A stretch of 64,000 bases of DNA from NCBI GenBank assembly GCA_037379345.1, contig CM074518.1, positions 37,351,586-37,415,585 on the forward strand, in the 5' to 3' direction. Numbering within the stretch: the first letter of the stretch is position 1; each line of letters begins with the position of its first letter. Positions 49,661 through 63,468 of the stretch are shown here, piece after piece. The stretch is from Perna viridis (Eukaryota). The position numbers and the translations under genes are program-made. A model generated the notes under the pieces. That model was not told the DNA's origin. It saw only the letters and a list, made by a program, of their open reading frames with translations, and did not search any database.

Positions 49661-52049
49661 AAAATAAGCCTTGAACTTTGTACGAGAAACCGTCAAAAAT
49701 AATAAGATACAAGTAAAAAGAATGGAAATAAATTTGTTGATATCATAGACCAGGAATTACAAGTCTATGTTGATAGAAGGAAGTCAATCATCGAAAAAAC
49801 TTGCGGTCGTATAATGTTATGGTGCAGTCGTCTTTTCAACATTTCTTTCATTATTTTATCAGATTCGCTAAAATCGTATTTTTTTTTATTCATTACGTCC
49901 ACAGTCGTAATAATCTAATCTAGTATCGTAACTTTTCAATACTTTTTATTGTTTTCAAAATTGACGTTAAAAGAGGTTTTACGTCGTAAAACAAAACAGA
50001 ATGTTACTTTTGGAAACGTCAATAATGCGCTTTGTGACATTTTTGTTAGACACGGTTTGACATATATGAAGAAATCGACTCAACACCATTTGCCTTTTTG
50101 AACAATTCGTTCGAATTTCGCATGGTGTACGCGTGAATAAATAAAATATACAAATTTTAGATGTTGTAACATTTTGGTTAGACACAGACAAAATGCTGCG
50201 CTTAAATACATGTTCAACTTAGTACCATTATATTTAGAATATACTATCTGCAGCATATATACATGTAAAATTCCAAATTTCATAGTTATTAGTTCACTCA
50301 AAACTAACGAAAAATGCTTTTGATAAAGACTGGGTAGCACGCACCACGTAGAAAACGTCGGGAAAAAGACAACGTGACGTCACAACATACGTGCGTATTT
50401 ATCTACTATTAGACAATAAAACTCATTATTTTTTAGAATAAACATAATATACTGAATATTTATACAGTCCTTTAAGCCTGAATATATTTTGGTAAAAATA
50501 CTATTCGTTGTAATATTTTATAACCACAAGCAAGAAAGTAGCCAATGCATGGCCATCGTCGAAAAAATTAAGATTAGTGACATAATTGAGATACGAGCAA
50601 AAAGAGTTTTAACAAAAAGACTGATTGAACATTTTATATATAATTGCATTGGGGTTATGTCATAAATTGTCAGTATAGTTAATAAAAGTTCCGATTAAAA
50701 AAAGCTGTTCGCATAACTTTACAAAAAAATGTCAACATTTTGTCTTCGAATCGGTTTCTTTCCATTTTTACAATGCCCACGTCAAAGGGGAGATATTTGT
50801 GATATTGTAATACGCTTTGATCTTATCATTACCTCATGACAAATAAGACATCGTCTGCAGCACAAACTGCTCTTTCCAAAAAAAAACTTTGTTTTATCAA
50901 ATTACGCCAAGAAATAATCGGTGAAATGGGAAGCAAGCATTTCTTAATTTTACCCGTCCATATATGAAAATGGACGTTCTTGTGATCGGATAATGCTTTC
51001 CCTCCACAATTAACGGCATCTTTCAAACATTTATGATTGTAATCCGAAAACAACAACCATTTTCGAACATTTTAATATCTATATTGCCTTTGATAACTCC
51101 ACATTCTAATAGCAATATTTCGGTTTTCCTAACCAGCCCCGGTTCCATCGAATGGGACACAAATAACATACGCAACGTCATAGCGGTTTATTGATGCTTC
51201 AATTTGTTGGCTATTTGTATTTTTTTTCTAAAAGTAAAAGAAGTTTAAAAATCATTTATCGAACTTTAAAGTTTCATTCCAAATATATAAAGGAGACAAA
51301 TGTTTTTTCTTTTTAGAATGTTCCACAGTTTTTAGCACATTATTTACGAATATTATGTATGTGTATGTATTAATTAAGAGCTAAGGATATAATTTTGACA
51401 GAAAAAGGTTATGCTTCGTACGAATGCCTTGAAAATATGCTTTCACCACATGATGTGAAAATAATGATTTTTGTAATACAAGATAATTTGAATACTTTAC
51501 ACCTAAATCTATCACGAGAAAACATGAAGAAAAAAAAAACAACAGAAATATTTTCAAATACAATTTCTTTAAATCCATTTTTTTCTTTAAGAAGAACAAA
51601 TATGCCAAAAGCAAATCCGATTTGTAATTTTTTTTTTACCAAATTGTCTGTTTAAGATATTGTATGAAATAATGACTATGTAGTATGTGCTTTACACATT
51701 GTTGGAGACCGTACGGTGACTTATTGGTATTTTGTCTCTTGTGAAGAGTTTACAATCATACCACATCTTCTTTTTTATAATGGTTGCATGTAGTAAACAA
51801 TTATTATCATATTGAATTCGTTTTTGTCCAGAAATATATTAATTGCTCAAACGTGTTCTTCATATGATTATAAATTTTGAAAATGAACCATAGCAAACTC
51901 AAACGATATAAACTGTCCAAACTGTTTATGTTTTAAATACGTCGGTTTACATGTAGCTTGCATCCAATAAGTTTGGTATCATGTAGTAAATAATTTTTAT
52001 CATATTTAATTCGTTTAAAATCAATACACAGTATAGAGATATGTGTTGG

Positions 52050-55000
52050 TAGTGACGACGAAGATAAAGTTAGCGAGGTTAAAACTGAAATGAAAAGTGA
52101 CACCGATGAAATGAAAATGCAAATACAAGATCTAAAAACACAAGTGTCTGAACAAAATAACCCTAAACCAAGGCATGAAGCGTCAAGAAACAAATTTATC
52201 ATTAAAAATCTTGAACAAAGTGACCAAGAAAAAGATGATCCTACAGCAACAAAACATTAAGTACAAGGTCTATTGAAAGATGGTCTCGGACTTTCAAATA
52301 TTACACTGAAATATGTAGAAAGGAAAGAATCGAGAATGATATTCCCTTTGAGACAAGAAACTTTCAAAATACTGTTAGAACTATCCTTAAAGAAATGGGA
52401 AAAGATAAGAACTATAAATTTTCTGGAGACAGATTTATACCAAAACAAAAAATAGGATGTTCTGCGGCTTGGAATATTGAATTGTCGAGTCTGGCCACTC
52501 AGATGACAAATGGCAATTCAACATTTCGTCAAAAAGTTGTGAGGTATTGCGACTGTGATATTTAAGCATTATGTGAAACTTTTTGTACGAGAAAATGAAA
52601 CAATAAAAGTTGATGGATTTTTATTTTAGGATAACAATACACAAAACTTACATAGGAGGGCCACCAGAGGCTCTGGTGGGGTCGGTATTTTAGTTAAAAA
52701 TGAAGTTTGTGACGTATTTAATGTCAGAATACTAGATAGTGAGACTGAAGGTATATTATGGACCAAATTTTCTGCAAAAGCGCAAGACTTTAGTTTCTCT
52801 TTAGCAGTTTTCTATCTACCACCGGCCGATACATGTAAACCAATTGACGCCGAGATATTTTTTCAGACTTTAGTACACCAAGTATATTGCTATCAGCATA
52901 AAGGAAAAAAATCTTCCTATGTGGTGATATGAATGCTCGTGTTGGTGCTAAATCGGACTACATTGAAGGCGTTGATCAAGTTAAACAACGTTCGATAATT
53001 GACTATACAGAAAATGGTCACGGCGATGCTTTCATAAACATTTTGTGTGATACAAATTTCGCTATGCTTCACGGTAGATTCGAAGACAATGTTTTCACCT
53101 GCATATCTACAAAAGGCAAATCCGTCGTCGTATGTGCCCCATATGGAATTGGACTCGATTAAGGTGAAAACAATGATGAACATGATTAATGAAATAGACT
53201 ATGTCGCAGATAGTATACCGGATCACTCGTTAATATTTTGTGAATTCTACTGTGTACATAAAACTACTATTGAAAACGAGAATACAAAGTCGGGATCAAA
53301 ATTACATAAACACTGAAAATAATATTCAACACGCTTACGATAAATTTGAAACGTTGATTAAACAGGAAATGAAAGATAAATTGTCAACGGTAAAAACCTC
53401 TTCAACAATGGACACAGAAAACGAAAGCCTTATGGAATGATATTTTTAACGAACAGTGGAAAAACATTCATGAGTCGGAAAAGTCTTGGCTGAGAGTTAA
53501 TGGTTCACGCAGCAACAAGCGTAGACTGAACGAAATATATTGTCACGAACGATAAACGTTTGACAGATTAAACCGATAGTACAAACGCCAGTTTCAACTA
53601 AGCGAACACCAAAAACTAGAAGATAAAATTAATAGTGTTAATCAGAGAGACTTTTGGAAATCGATTGGAAAAATCGGGATAGTTTCAGAAAGGAAGCGCA
53701 CAATACCATTCGCCGTTGTAGACGACTTTGGTAACGTAAATAACAATAAACTCGATGTACTCGAAAAATGGAAATAGGACTTTGAAACTTTATTCAAAAG
53801 AAATGATGATGGAAATGAGACATTGGATTATGAAAATTTCAACAACTAAATCAACGTTAATACACTAAATGCTCCGATTATGAGAGATGAAGTACTTGAG
53901 GCTGTGATAAATGAAAAACGATACTGCAGTTGATCTTCTGTTTAAAATAATCAGTAGATGTTTTAGTTCGAGGAGAGTGCCAGAACAATGGAACAGCGGT
54001 AATATACATTCTATTTTCAAACCAGGATCCAATGACGATCGTATTCCATGAAATTATAGAGGTATCACTCTCATATCCGTATCATGTAAAATATACTGTT
54101 ATATATTGAATAATCGTCTCACCTCTTGGATAGAAGACAACGATCTACTATGTGATGAGCAAAACGAAATTGTGAAGAGCACATTCATTACTTGTACTCC
54201 ATTTTGAACTATCGAAAAATAGCTTAAAAAAATCATCGTTTGTATGCTTTGTTGATATGCGCAAAGCATTTGACAGTGTTGAACATTATTTGCTATAGTA
54301 TAAACTCAAACGTATTGAGTACGTGGAAAATGTTTAACAGCAATACAATCACTCTATGCAAAATTGAAATGTTCCATTCGAGTTAACAGTGACTTAACCC
54401 CGTGGTTCGACATAGAAGCTGGCGTTAAACAGGGCTGTAAAATATCGCCTACACTATTCTCTGTCTACATAAATGATTTAGGAGACCGAATTAACACATT
54501 AAACTGTAATGTCACTGTAGACGATTTTCAGCTGAGCATTCTTCTATACGCTGACGACATTGCGTTAATTGCACCAGATGAAAATAGCTTACAATGTATG
54601 TTAAACACTGTAACCGACTGGTGTACAAATTGGAAACTTTCGATTAACAACACAAAGACTAAAGTCGTTCACTTTCGAATTCAGTCAACTGCGAAATCAG
54701 AATACATGTTCCGTTGTTCTGATAATAACATTGAACACTTTGACAGTTACAAATACCTCGGAGTTTGGTTCGATGAACACCTGACATTTAACAAACACGC
54801 GAAGGAAATTTCAAATGCAGGAAGTAGAGCTCTTGGGTCATTGATGTCAAAGTTAGTAGCCGTAGGTGGAATGACTTATAAAGTGTATACGAAATTATAT
54901 ACATCTACAGTAGAACCGATTTGCATGTACGGGAATGGAGTTTGGGGAACTAAAGAGTTTAGTTGTATATCATCAGTGCAAAATAGAGCAAGTAAATTCT

Positions 55001-55745
55001 TCTTGTCTACAGTGAAGTTGACCTCACATATTTCTACAAGAGGCGATATGGGTTGGACACCTGCTGCAATGAAACAATGTGTAAACAACTGTAGACTCTT
55101 TTGTAGATTAGTACGATCTGATGATAAAAGGAAATGTCAGAAAATTTGGTGATGGGCATCACGGAGGCGAATAGGTTGGACATTTGAAGTAGAAAAGACA
55201 TTAGAACGACTGAACATAAGAGACATTGTATAAGATGAAACGATATCAACAAAATGTGCGATGAGATGTGTAACAGAGAAATAAATAGAACAAGATAATT
55301 CCGAGTGGCATTCGGAACTATTTAACGATAGAAGTAACTTAGAAAACGGAAAAAAGCTGAGAACTTACCGTCAATATAAACATAGTGTTGAAACTGAACA
55401 ATACGTAAAGCTGAACATTTCGAGGATGGAAAGACTGGCTGTTTACCACTTGCCTATGAAACCGGTAGATATTCCTAGCTACCAGTTCCGATTGATGATA
55501 GGCTTTGTCTACTATGTGACAATAGTTCAGTTGAAACAGAAAAAACATTTTCTTATTGAATTTCCTCTGTATATTGACACACGATATGAATTTTTTTTCG
55601 TATGCTCTAATCATATCGAAAATTTCAACATTTTAGACCATGATGAAAATTTTTTTACCATAATGAAGTGTAATGACATTCAGAGGGTACTTGGCAATCT
55701 TCTAAACAGATTTTATGTTCGTAGAAAACTGTTTTTGCATTAATT
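52050..55745 (+). mobile_element. Decayed two-ORF non-LTR retrotransposon (RTEX-like; CR1/L2 group not excluded)
   Basis: ORF1 remnant ~52050-52400. APE motifs GGVGILVK, GDMNARVG, DHSLI. RT motifs NYRGITLIS, FVDMRKAFDSV, GVKQGCKISPTLF, LLYADD, YKYLG. C-terminal KLRTY...ETGRY...RLCLLC...HFL zinc-knuckle-like region. Numerous stops and frameshifts. Confidence 0.85.
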
Positions 55746-56746
55746 ATTTATAAAAAATTTGTTTTATGGGTCAATATTCCCCCTACTTTACTATAATTTC
55801 TGGTAATTTCTGGGATGTGTCTAAATGTGATAGTGTGCGGGATGTTACGATCATGGTCAATTATGTTTGTTACGATAATGATGAGGAAGTGATTGTGTAG
55901 GTGGTGCGGCTGCCTGTGTTTGAGTGTCATATGTGTGAATGTTATTGTATTCAGTTGTGAGTTGTGTGGAGGTACATACTAATTTCGGTTAGGGAATTCC
56001 TCTTTGGTCACACGGCATCTTAATGACTCCTAAAATATTAGCTTAAAACTCATTATTTACTTACACATGCATTTATATGCTATGAGTACTTACTTTCGTT
56101 ACATTAGCAAAGTCTTATTCTAACCATAGTATCTTTATGCGTTTCAAAAACTGCAATTATATATTGGCGTGTTACATTGTATTAACGTTTTCTGCATTGA
56201 TTTCATTTGGCTTATTCAAGATATATTCATACACAAGAATGAAAAATGTATATGCCATATTTTAAATCTATCTATTTTTTACATTTATTTTACAAAGTTT
56301 AATTTTGAGTACTTTTTTTATTTTTATTTTTAATAATTATATCAAGTTTGATTTAAAGTATCTTATCTTTAGTTTTGATAAAGTATTAATTGGCTTTTTA
56401 ATTGGTATTATTAAAATTTTTATGAAATGATAAATTTATATATATTTTGTTTAATCATTCAAGATTGATTTGTTTTGCTCAAATTTTCAGTGTATAATTA
56501 CAATGTTTTATATATGTATATAATAGTGCCTCGTAAGTCTATGTATATATCTATTGTAAGATCAATGCGTGACACTCTAATAACTAAATTTATTTTGTTT
56601 TATTATAGTATCCAACTTTGCCAATCTTGTCGATTAAACACAACAGATAGCAGGATTACCATGTAATCAGTAATGTAATTTGACACGTGTCTAACGGTTC
56701 ATTGATTTTCGGTAAAATGAAACAAAAACAGGAACGTGTTTAAAGA

Positions 56747-57823
56747 AAGAGTAATCAAGGGAACCAAGGTTATAGCGGTAAATAAAAGAATGTAATCCAG
56801 GGACAAAGACCAGACATGGAAAACAGATATACACAACAAAGAACATAAAATAAATAAAATCATACATACAAAGTAACAAAAGCAAATGAGCAACTCGGAC
56901 TCCACTAAAACCTGGGAGCATGGACCAGGTGCACCCGTAGGGTAAGCGTCCTTTGCTTTTCTAGAAACACCCGCCGAGTTGGTCATAAAAAGTCAAGTCT
57001 GGGGTAGACAAACGAGGAAAGGAAAACCATGACCCGTTGAATAAATCAGTTTTCATGGTGCAGATGGATACACCATAACGATGCACGAGTTCATGATGAC
57101 GACCATAAAACTTCTGTAGTGATGACTTCAATCTTGTAGCAACATAACCCTGTTCCAGAAGCCTATTTGTTAGAGTTCTAGCGCGATACAAAAAGTCTGT
57201 GTAGTTTCGGCAAGCTCTGGCATAACGTATGAGTTGTGATATGAACATTCTATATGCAGATGCTGACGGTATTTTTCCAAAGATGAAAGGGAAGCTGACA
57301 ATTCTGAATGAAAAGTCATCACGTTTGTCGTAAAGTTTGGTCAATAGTTTTCCTTTACCGTCGATTTCTAAATGTAGGTCAAGATATGAGGCTGCCTTCA
57401 CAGTGTCTGTAGTATCCTTTATCTCAAGTTCTTTTGGGTAGATGCGATGTATCAAATCTCCGAAATTAGGATTATTTAAAGATAATACGCCATCTGTATA
57501 GCGAAAACTGAGATTAAAGGATCTAGCCAAACGATATTCTTTATTTCGGATCAGATCAGTTTGCCTCATAAGAGTGAAGGAATAGGTCAGCAAGTAAAGG
57601 AGCACAATTTGTTCCCATTGGAATGCCGACGGTTTGTTGAAAAACACGTCCACCACACTGGACAAATATGTTGTCGATTCATGCATTTTGTAAATATCTT
57701 CCCCTGTATATTTGGAAGATGATTTGAAATTATTTCTTACAAAGTATGAGGAATCTCTACCAAGAACTATATATTTGTATCTAGGTGTACCATCTTTTTT
57801 GGAAAAAAAACAACGATGTATAA
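56747..57823 (-). mobile_element. Penelope-like retroelement (Naiad-type), 5'-truncated, frameshifted RT plus 3' UTR
   Basis: Across frames: DNIFVQCGGRVFQQTVGIPMGTNCAPLLADLFLHSYE, FRYTDGVLSLNN, YPKELEIKDTT, SYLDLHLEI, LYDKRDDFSF, SQLIRYARAC. The RT/thumb ends without a downstream GIY-YIG, as expected for N-terminal-EN PLEs. Confidence 0.8.
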
Positions 57824-58209
57824 TGTTTGTTCAATACCTTATTTATTTGTGATTATTTTTCTATAAAATATGAAAGTCATGCATTACATATCAATATTTA
57901 CCATAACATGAAAGAAATTACATGTAACAGCACCCCATCTAGTCCGTACGGGCATATTATAAGTCCTTAGTGCACTAAGGACTCCTTAGCAGTGTTTAGA
58001 CGCACCCTGTATATTACTGCACAAGAAATTCATAATCGTATAGTTTATCATATATTTCTTGTACTGAGACGACTACTGTCGTAAAATTCGAGGTGAAGGT
58101 CTTCCAATAACGCACGAGGAAGCTGTGTCAGTAGGCTTTGTACTTCTTATAGTCCTGGTGGATAAATAAATGAAAGTCGTTCTCCAAACTTAGAATTATT
58201 TATAAAGTT

Positions 58210-59090
58210 AATATTGTCAATATATCGATATATCTAGCTTCTTTTAAAATCTTGTCTTTTACAAGATTTTGAAGAAGCTCCGATTCATACGAATAAAGAA
58301 ATGGATCAACTAGGAGAAGGGCACGATTAGCGTCCTTTGGGAGGCCGATAACTTGTTGAATAAGTGTACCTCCAAAGTGACAAATATGTTGTCAAGGAGA
58401 ACTTCTAGCATGCTGACCATCTGTTGCTCGGTACAACAGCTTTGTCTTTTTTCAATAGTGGTAAAATATGAAGAATTGTACCTTTAAGAAAACCCACATT
58501 TTTGAGGTAGTAAATACCATTCTTGCTCTTAAATGCTTTGTGCATGATTTCTTTTATAACTTCTTTTTTTTTCAATTTATCGTGAGATAAGGTTGTATAT
58601 AATGTTGAAAAGTAAAAAAAAATATAACTGAATTAACTTCAGTAAAGGAGCGAGATTTCAGATTATCTAAAAGAGTTTTTGATAATGCACAAATGATTAA
58701 TACCTCTATGCGAATAATAAGTTTATCAGTATTTTTGTTGTCTCTCCTCCACTACGAACAAAATCTTGGTCAGTCATACCAAGAACTCTTGTGTTGAACA
58801 AGTATGTGATCCTGCTATATACCTTTGATTGTTTGGATTTTCATGTAGTTTTGGATTCCGATACAAATAAGGGTAGATCTCATGCTTTAACGTGAAGAAA
58901 TAATCAACGAGACCATAAAGGACTTATGGTTAGTCAGAGATTTCATCCTTGCCGAACGTACTGTGCTTGTATGTAGAACTACCTGAATTAGTTTTTATTC
59001 CTAGTCCTTTTATCAAGCATAGTCGTGCGTTTTACATACAAAACAATGATGTTAGGAGCTTTGTCCGCAGTGACAACATATTTTACATGA
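58210..59090 (-). mobile_element. Decayed PLE RT fragment of a second Naiad-like family
   Basis: Across frames: YVVTADKAPN, PYLYRNPKLHENP..RYIAGS, FSTLYTTLSHDK, MLEVLLDNIFV, GLPKDANR..FLYSYESE, YID; many stops and frameshifts. Confidence 0.7.
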
Positions 59091-60040
59091 ACGGAGGAGA
59101 GACATTTTGCAGCTTTTTTGTCCTTGAATAATATGACAAGAGGCAAATGGATCACATTTTATTGTATTGTCATCTTATGTGCTTCCATCTCACCTGCTGT
59201 TAAGTACATAATTCTGAAGATTTGTGCATGTTTCCAACGTAAAACTTAGTGTTAATCCTGAGCAGATAATGGTACACATTTAAGCAACCTGGCGAAGAGT
59301 ATATTCTGTCAATTATTAATGAAGACATGAGTGTATAGATGGAATATAAAGTAGAAGTCTCAGTTTAATAGAATGGTGATTTTTTTCTTGTTTTGTGCCA
59401 TTAACAATATGTAAAAGTATCAATCCATATAAACTTTAGACAAATGGTAGAGGTGATTCATGGCGCAGAAACACCCACCCAACAAATGATGATTTTTCAA
59501 TCTGCATACTCCACATTTTCATGTATCTATAGTCCTTTCTGCATTCAAATCTGAACTTTTTGGAGAAAATCGTTATTCATCATTTAGTCAACCAAATCTA
59601 GAACGATAATTCTTCGCAAAATGTCAATTTCAAGTACAATCTATATATATTTTTTTCTCAAACGTGCTACAACTCAACTGAAAAGAAGACACTGTTTATG
59701 TGGTCTTTAACTGTTCCTGAATAAGAAATAAAAGTTTTTGAAATACACGAACCACATCTGTCTCAATCATGTGTAGCATGTCTAATATTTATTAAGACTG
59801 CTACTTTTAAAAAAAGCAAACGTGGCTTCAAATCACCAAATTGTAGTAGCCAGATTAAAGCTGAAAGATTTCATACAACACTGCAAGTCTAAGAGATAAC
59901 AATATATTGCAGAATTCAGAGTTGCAATTTAGAGCATATATCAGGTACTACCAACAAATAGGCAGAATATTGATGAGATCTAGGTAGAGGAAATGAAATA
60001 GACAGTGAACACAACTTGTCATCAGGACAATTAGTGGATA

Positions 60041-60335
60041 CACAAGCAAATGTGCCACACATGAGATTCATATGATTATTGTATAAATCATATCATATAA
60101 ATCGGGCACCATATGATAATCATTTGTTTCGGTTTACATATGATAATCGATGATTATTATATGATAATTATATGTTTTTCACAAACATATGATTGTCATA
60201 TGTTTTCAAGCCACAATTAACATATGAGAATCATATGATAAATGTTAAATATCATATGATTGTCATATGATTAACGTATGATTATCATATGAATAGAACA
60301 CCATATGATTATCATACGTGGCACATTTGGCTGCG
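60041..60335. mobile_element. CAC-terminal, TA-flanked MITE with CATATGAT subrepeats; second copy 60863-61149
   Basis: ta-cacaagcaaatgtgccac...gtggcacatttggctgcg-ta in both copies. Confidence 0.7.
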
Positions 60336-61298
60336 TATAGGTGAGGAAACACAGGAAAAGATTCACAAGAAAACAAGAAATCAATAACTGAAGTCTTTAA
60401 AGGACTTTATAATACTTAATCTAACATATACTCCCTGTGTTCACCATAAACATGGGTGTAGATATATGTCTGGACTTAGCGCAGAATTTAAAAAAAAAAA
60501 TAACAAATTTTAGTGAGCGGTAACTTGAAGATTCTTGGTCAATTGATAATATACATGATTCATATGTTCTTTTCCATTTCACATCTTTTGATATATCGTA
60601 CACACATTATACTAGCAAAATAAGTATATTCCTTTTTCGAAAATATACTTGACATTTAAGAACGTTTTAAAAGCTTATGTCGGTTTGGAAGCTCATTTGA
60701 GCTTGTTTTTTAAATGTTTACTTCTGAACTTTTGACTTTGTTGTGTAACGCAAAAGTTCGTCAATCGGTAAACTGCAGGCGAAGTTGCGATATGCTCTAT
60801 TTAAAATAGACTTCTTAATCGTGATGACCTGATGTTTCTTAATCAAAACAACTCGGAGATTACACAGGCAAATGTGCCACACATGAGAACCATATGGTTT
60901 GCATCATATGATTATCATACAATTCGCTTTACTTATGATAATCGCATGATTATCAAATGATAATAATGTGTTTTTCACAAACATATGATAATCGCATGAT
61001 TATCATATGATAATCATATGTTTTTCACAAACATATTATTGTCTTATGTTTTCAAACCAAAATTAACCTATGAGAATCATATGATAATCATATATGACTA
61101 TCATATGTTTGATATCATATGATTATTATATGTGGCACATTTGGCTGCGTATATTACAGTAAGTTCAATGCTAACCGATCATTTCATCTTTTAATTTTAA
61201 ACTTCCCGCTCTCATACTAGTAAAAAAACACACGTAGAACACATGTATAAGTATGTGGTGTAGTAATATATATAATTATGCGAATCATAAATGAATGC

Positions 61299-61565
61299 AT
61301 TAGGGAGGATAAAAGAAAACTTTTTGAGAGGCTGAAAAGGCTAACCAAGAAAGTTACATAATAGTACTTTATGAAACCACAAAAAAGCTCTCTGGAAAAT
61401 ACAACAATCCAGAACGTCCAGTTAAAGACAAGTCAAGAAACCAAATTGTAGGTGAAGAAAACTCAACGCCAAAGATGGGTAGATCACTTCGGAGACCTGC
61501 TCAACCGATAAGCACTCTAACTAATCTCCTTACTATCCAACCAGCAGAAAATGATTTAGATACAG
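61299..61565 (+). mobile_element. RTE-clade LINE fragment (APE-RT linker)
   Basis: LYETTKKLSGKYNNPERPVKDK...RWVDHFGDLLNR...IQPAENDL across frames. Confidence 0.65.
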
Positions 61566-61581
61566 AATCATTAACACAGAG

Positions 61582-61990
61582 AATATTGTCAATATATCGA
61601 TATGTTTAATTGAAATGTCCTAGTTTCTTTGATATTCTTGTCTTTCACAAGATTTTGAAGAAACTCCGATTCATATGAATAAAGAAATGGATCAACTAGA
61701 AAAAGGACACGATTTGCGTCCTTTGGCATGCCGATAAATTGTTGAAAAGTGTACCTACAAAGTGTCAAATATGATTTCAAGGAGAACTTCTAGCATACTG
61801 ATCACCTTTTGCTCGATACTGCAGCTTTGTATTTTTTTCTCTAGTGGTAAATATGAAGAATTGTACACAATTGGAACAACACATTTTGTAGTAAATACCA
61901 TTCTCGCAGTTAAATTCTTTGTGGATTATTTCATTTATACCGGTTTTCAGTTTATCGTGGGATAAGGTTGTATATAATGTTGAAAGGTAA
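61582..61990 (-). mobile_element. Paralogous copy of part of the 58.2-58.6 kb PLE fragment
   Basis: FQQFIGMPKDANRVLFLVDPFLYSYESEFLQNLVKDK; same terminal aatattgtcaatatatcgatat. Confidence 0.7.
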
Positions 61991-62687
61991 AAGTGTACAA
62001 TTCAAAAATGATTAAAAAAAACAATCTTTTCTATCATATTAATTATCAAATGTGATTAATCACCATGTCAGTTTTGTTCTCCACCCATGTTGTGTTTCTG
62101 TTGAGTTTAGCACTACCACTTCACTCTGTTTTGATTTCACAGTTTTAAATTGTTTTGCCTTGATAATGGAATATTCAGCTTGCAATTAAATCGTCAAAAC
62201 CGCGAAGAGAACGACAATTTATTTTTATACCTCTTATATTTATTGGAAATAAGATGTGACAACAATTAGAAATAAACTCTTGTCTGTACTGTTTTTTTTT
62301 TTGCACTCTTGAACTCGAATATCTAAAAAAGAATCCAACGTACACGGACAATGATGTTTTTGAAGCATCTAGCCTACTACTCATGAAACCAAAATAAAAG
62401 CAACTTTCGAGCACACTATAGGTGAGTATGAATTCTTCACTACCATATAGGATGCCTATCACGTAGAACACCTACTGGGGAATTATTGTGCTCGATTTCT
62501 AGTGGTATAAGTCGATAATGAATCTGCAACAGCCCTGGATCGTCGAAAGAGTAAAAAAAAGTTCCGGCTTTTGACTTTATCTGGTTATTTCTCTATCAAT
62601 GATATCGATTTTATTTCCCCTTTCAGTGAAATCAACTCTTCCTTTACTAGTACCACAACTAACAAAACCTTTTACACAAGAAGTCAC

Positions 62688-63468
62688 GATGAAGGACATC
62701 GTTTAGCTAGATCCTTTGATCTCAGTTCCTGCTATATAGATGACGTATTATCGTTAAACAATCCTAGTTTCGGGGATTTTATACATCGCATCTACCTGAG
62801 ATTGGGGATACTACGGACACACTGAAGTCAACCTCATATCTTAACCTACACTTAGAGATCGATGGTTAAGGAAAACTATTGACCGAACTATACGGCAAAC
62901 TCGATGACTTCATTCCGTACTGTGAACGAACTTCCCTTTCATCTATGGGAATATCACTTCAGCACCAGCGTATGGAGTTTTCATATCACAAATCATACGT
63001 TATGCCAGAGCTTGCCGTAACGATGTAGACTTTTTGTTCCGCGCTAGACTTCTTACAATTAGGCTTTTGGAACAGGGTTATTTTGCTCCGAGATTAAAGT
63101 CATCACTACAGAAATGTTATGGTCGCCATCATGAACTCATGGATTGTTACGTTGTATCCATCCACACCATGAAAGCCGATTTGCTCAGGTTTCTTAATTT
63201 TCCTTCACTCTTTCATCTGACCCGGACTCGACTTTTTATGAGCAGCTCGGTGGATGTTTCTAGAAAAGCAGAGCTAGGACGTTTACTCTACTGGTGCACC
63301 CGGTCCATGCTCCCAGTTTGGTTCTCATTTACCTTTGTTGCTTTGAACGTATTATTTTGTTTATTTTATGTTCTCTGTTGTGATTGTCTTCTTTCCATGT
63401 CTGGTTTTTGCCCCTGGATTACATTCTTTTGATTTCTGCTAGAATCTTGGTACCCTTGATTACTCTTT
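62688..63468 (+). mobile_element. Second, more decayed copy of the same Naiad-type PLE (RT C-terminal half plus 3' UTR)
   Basis: HRLARSFDLSSCYIDDVLSLNNP, RARLLTIRLLEQGY, KCYGRHHEL; same 3' end (cttggtacccttgattactctt). Confidence 0.8.

Noticed and set aside
54364-55152. Intact or domesticated reverse transcriptase gene
   Set aside because: It is the longest surviving frame of a LINE whose flanking RT and APE segments carry stops and frameshifts.
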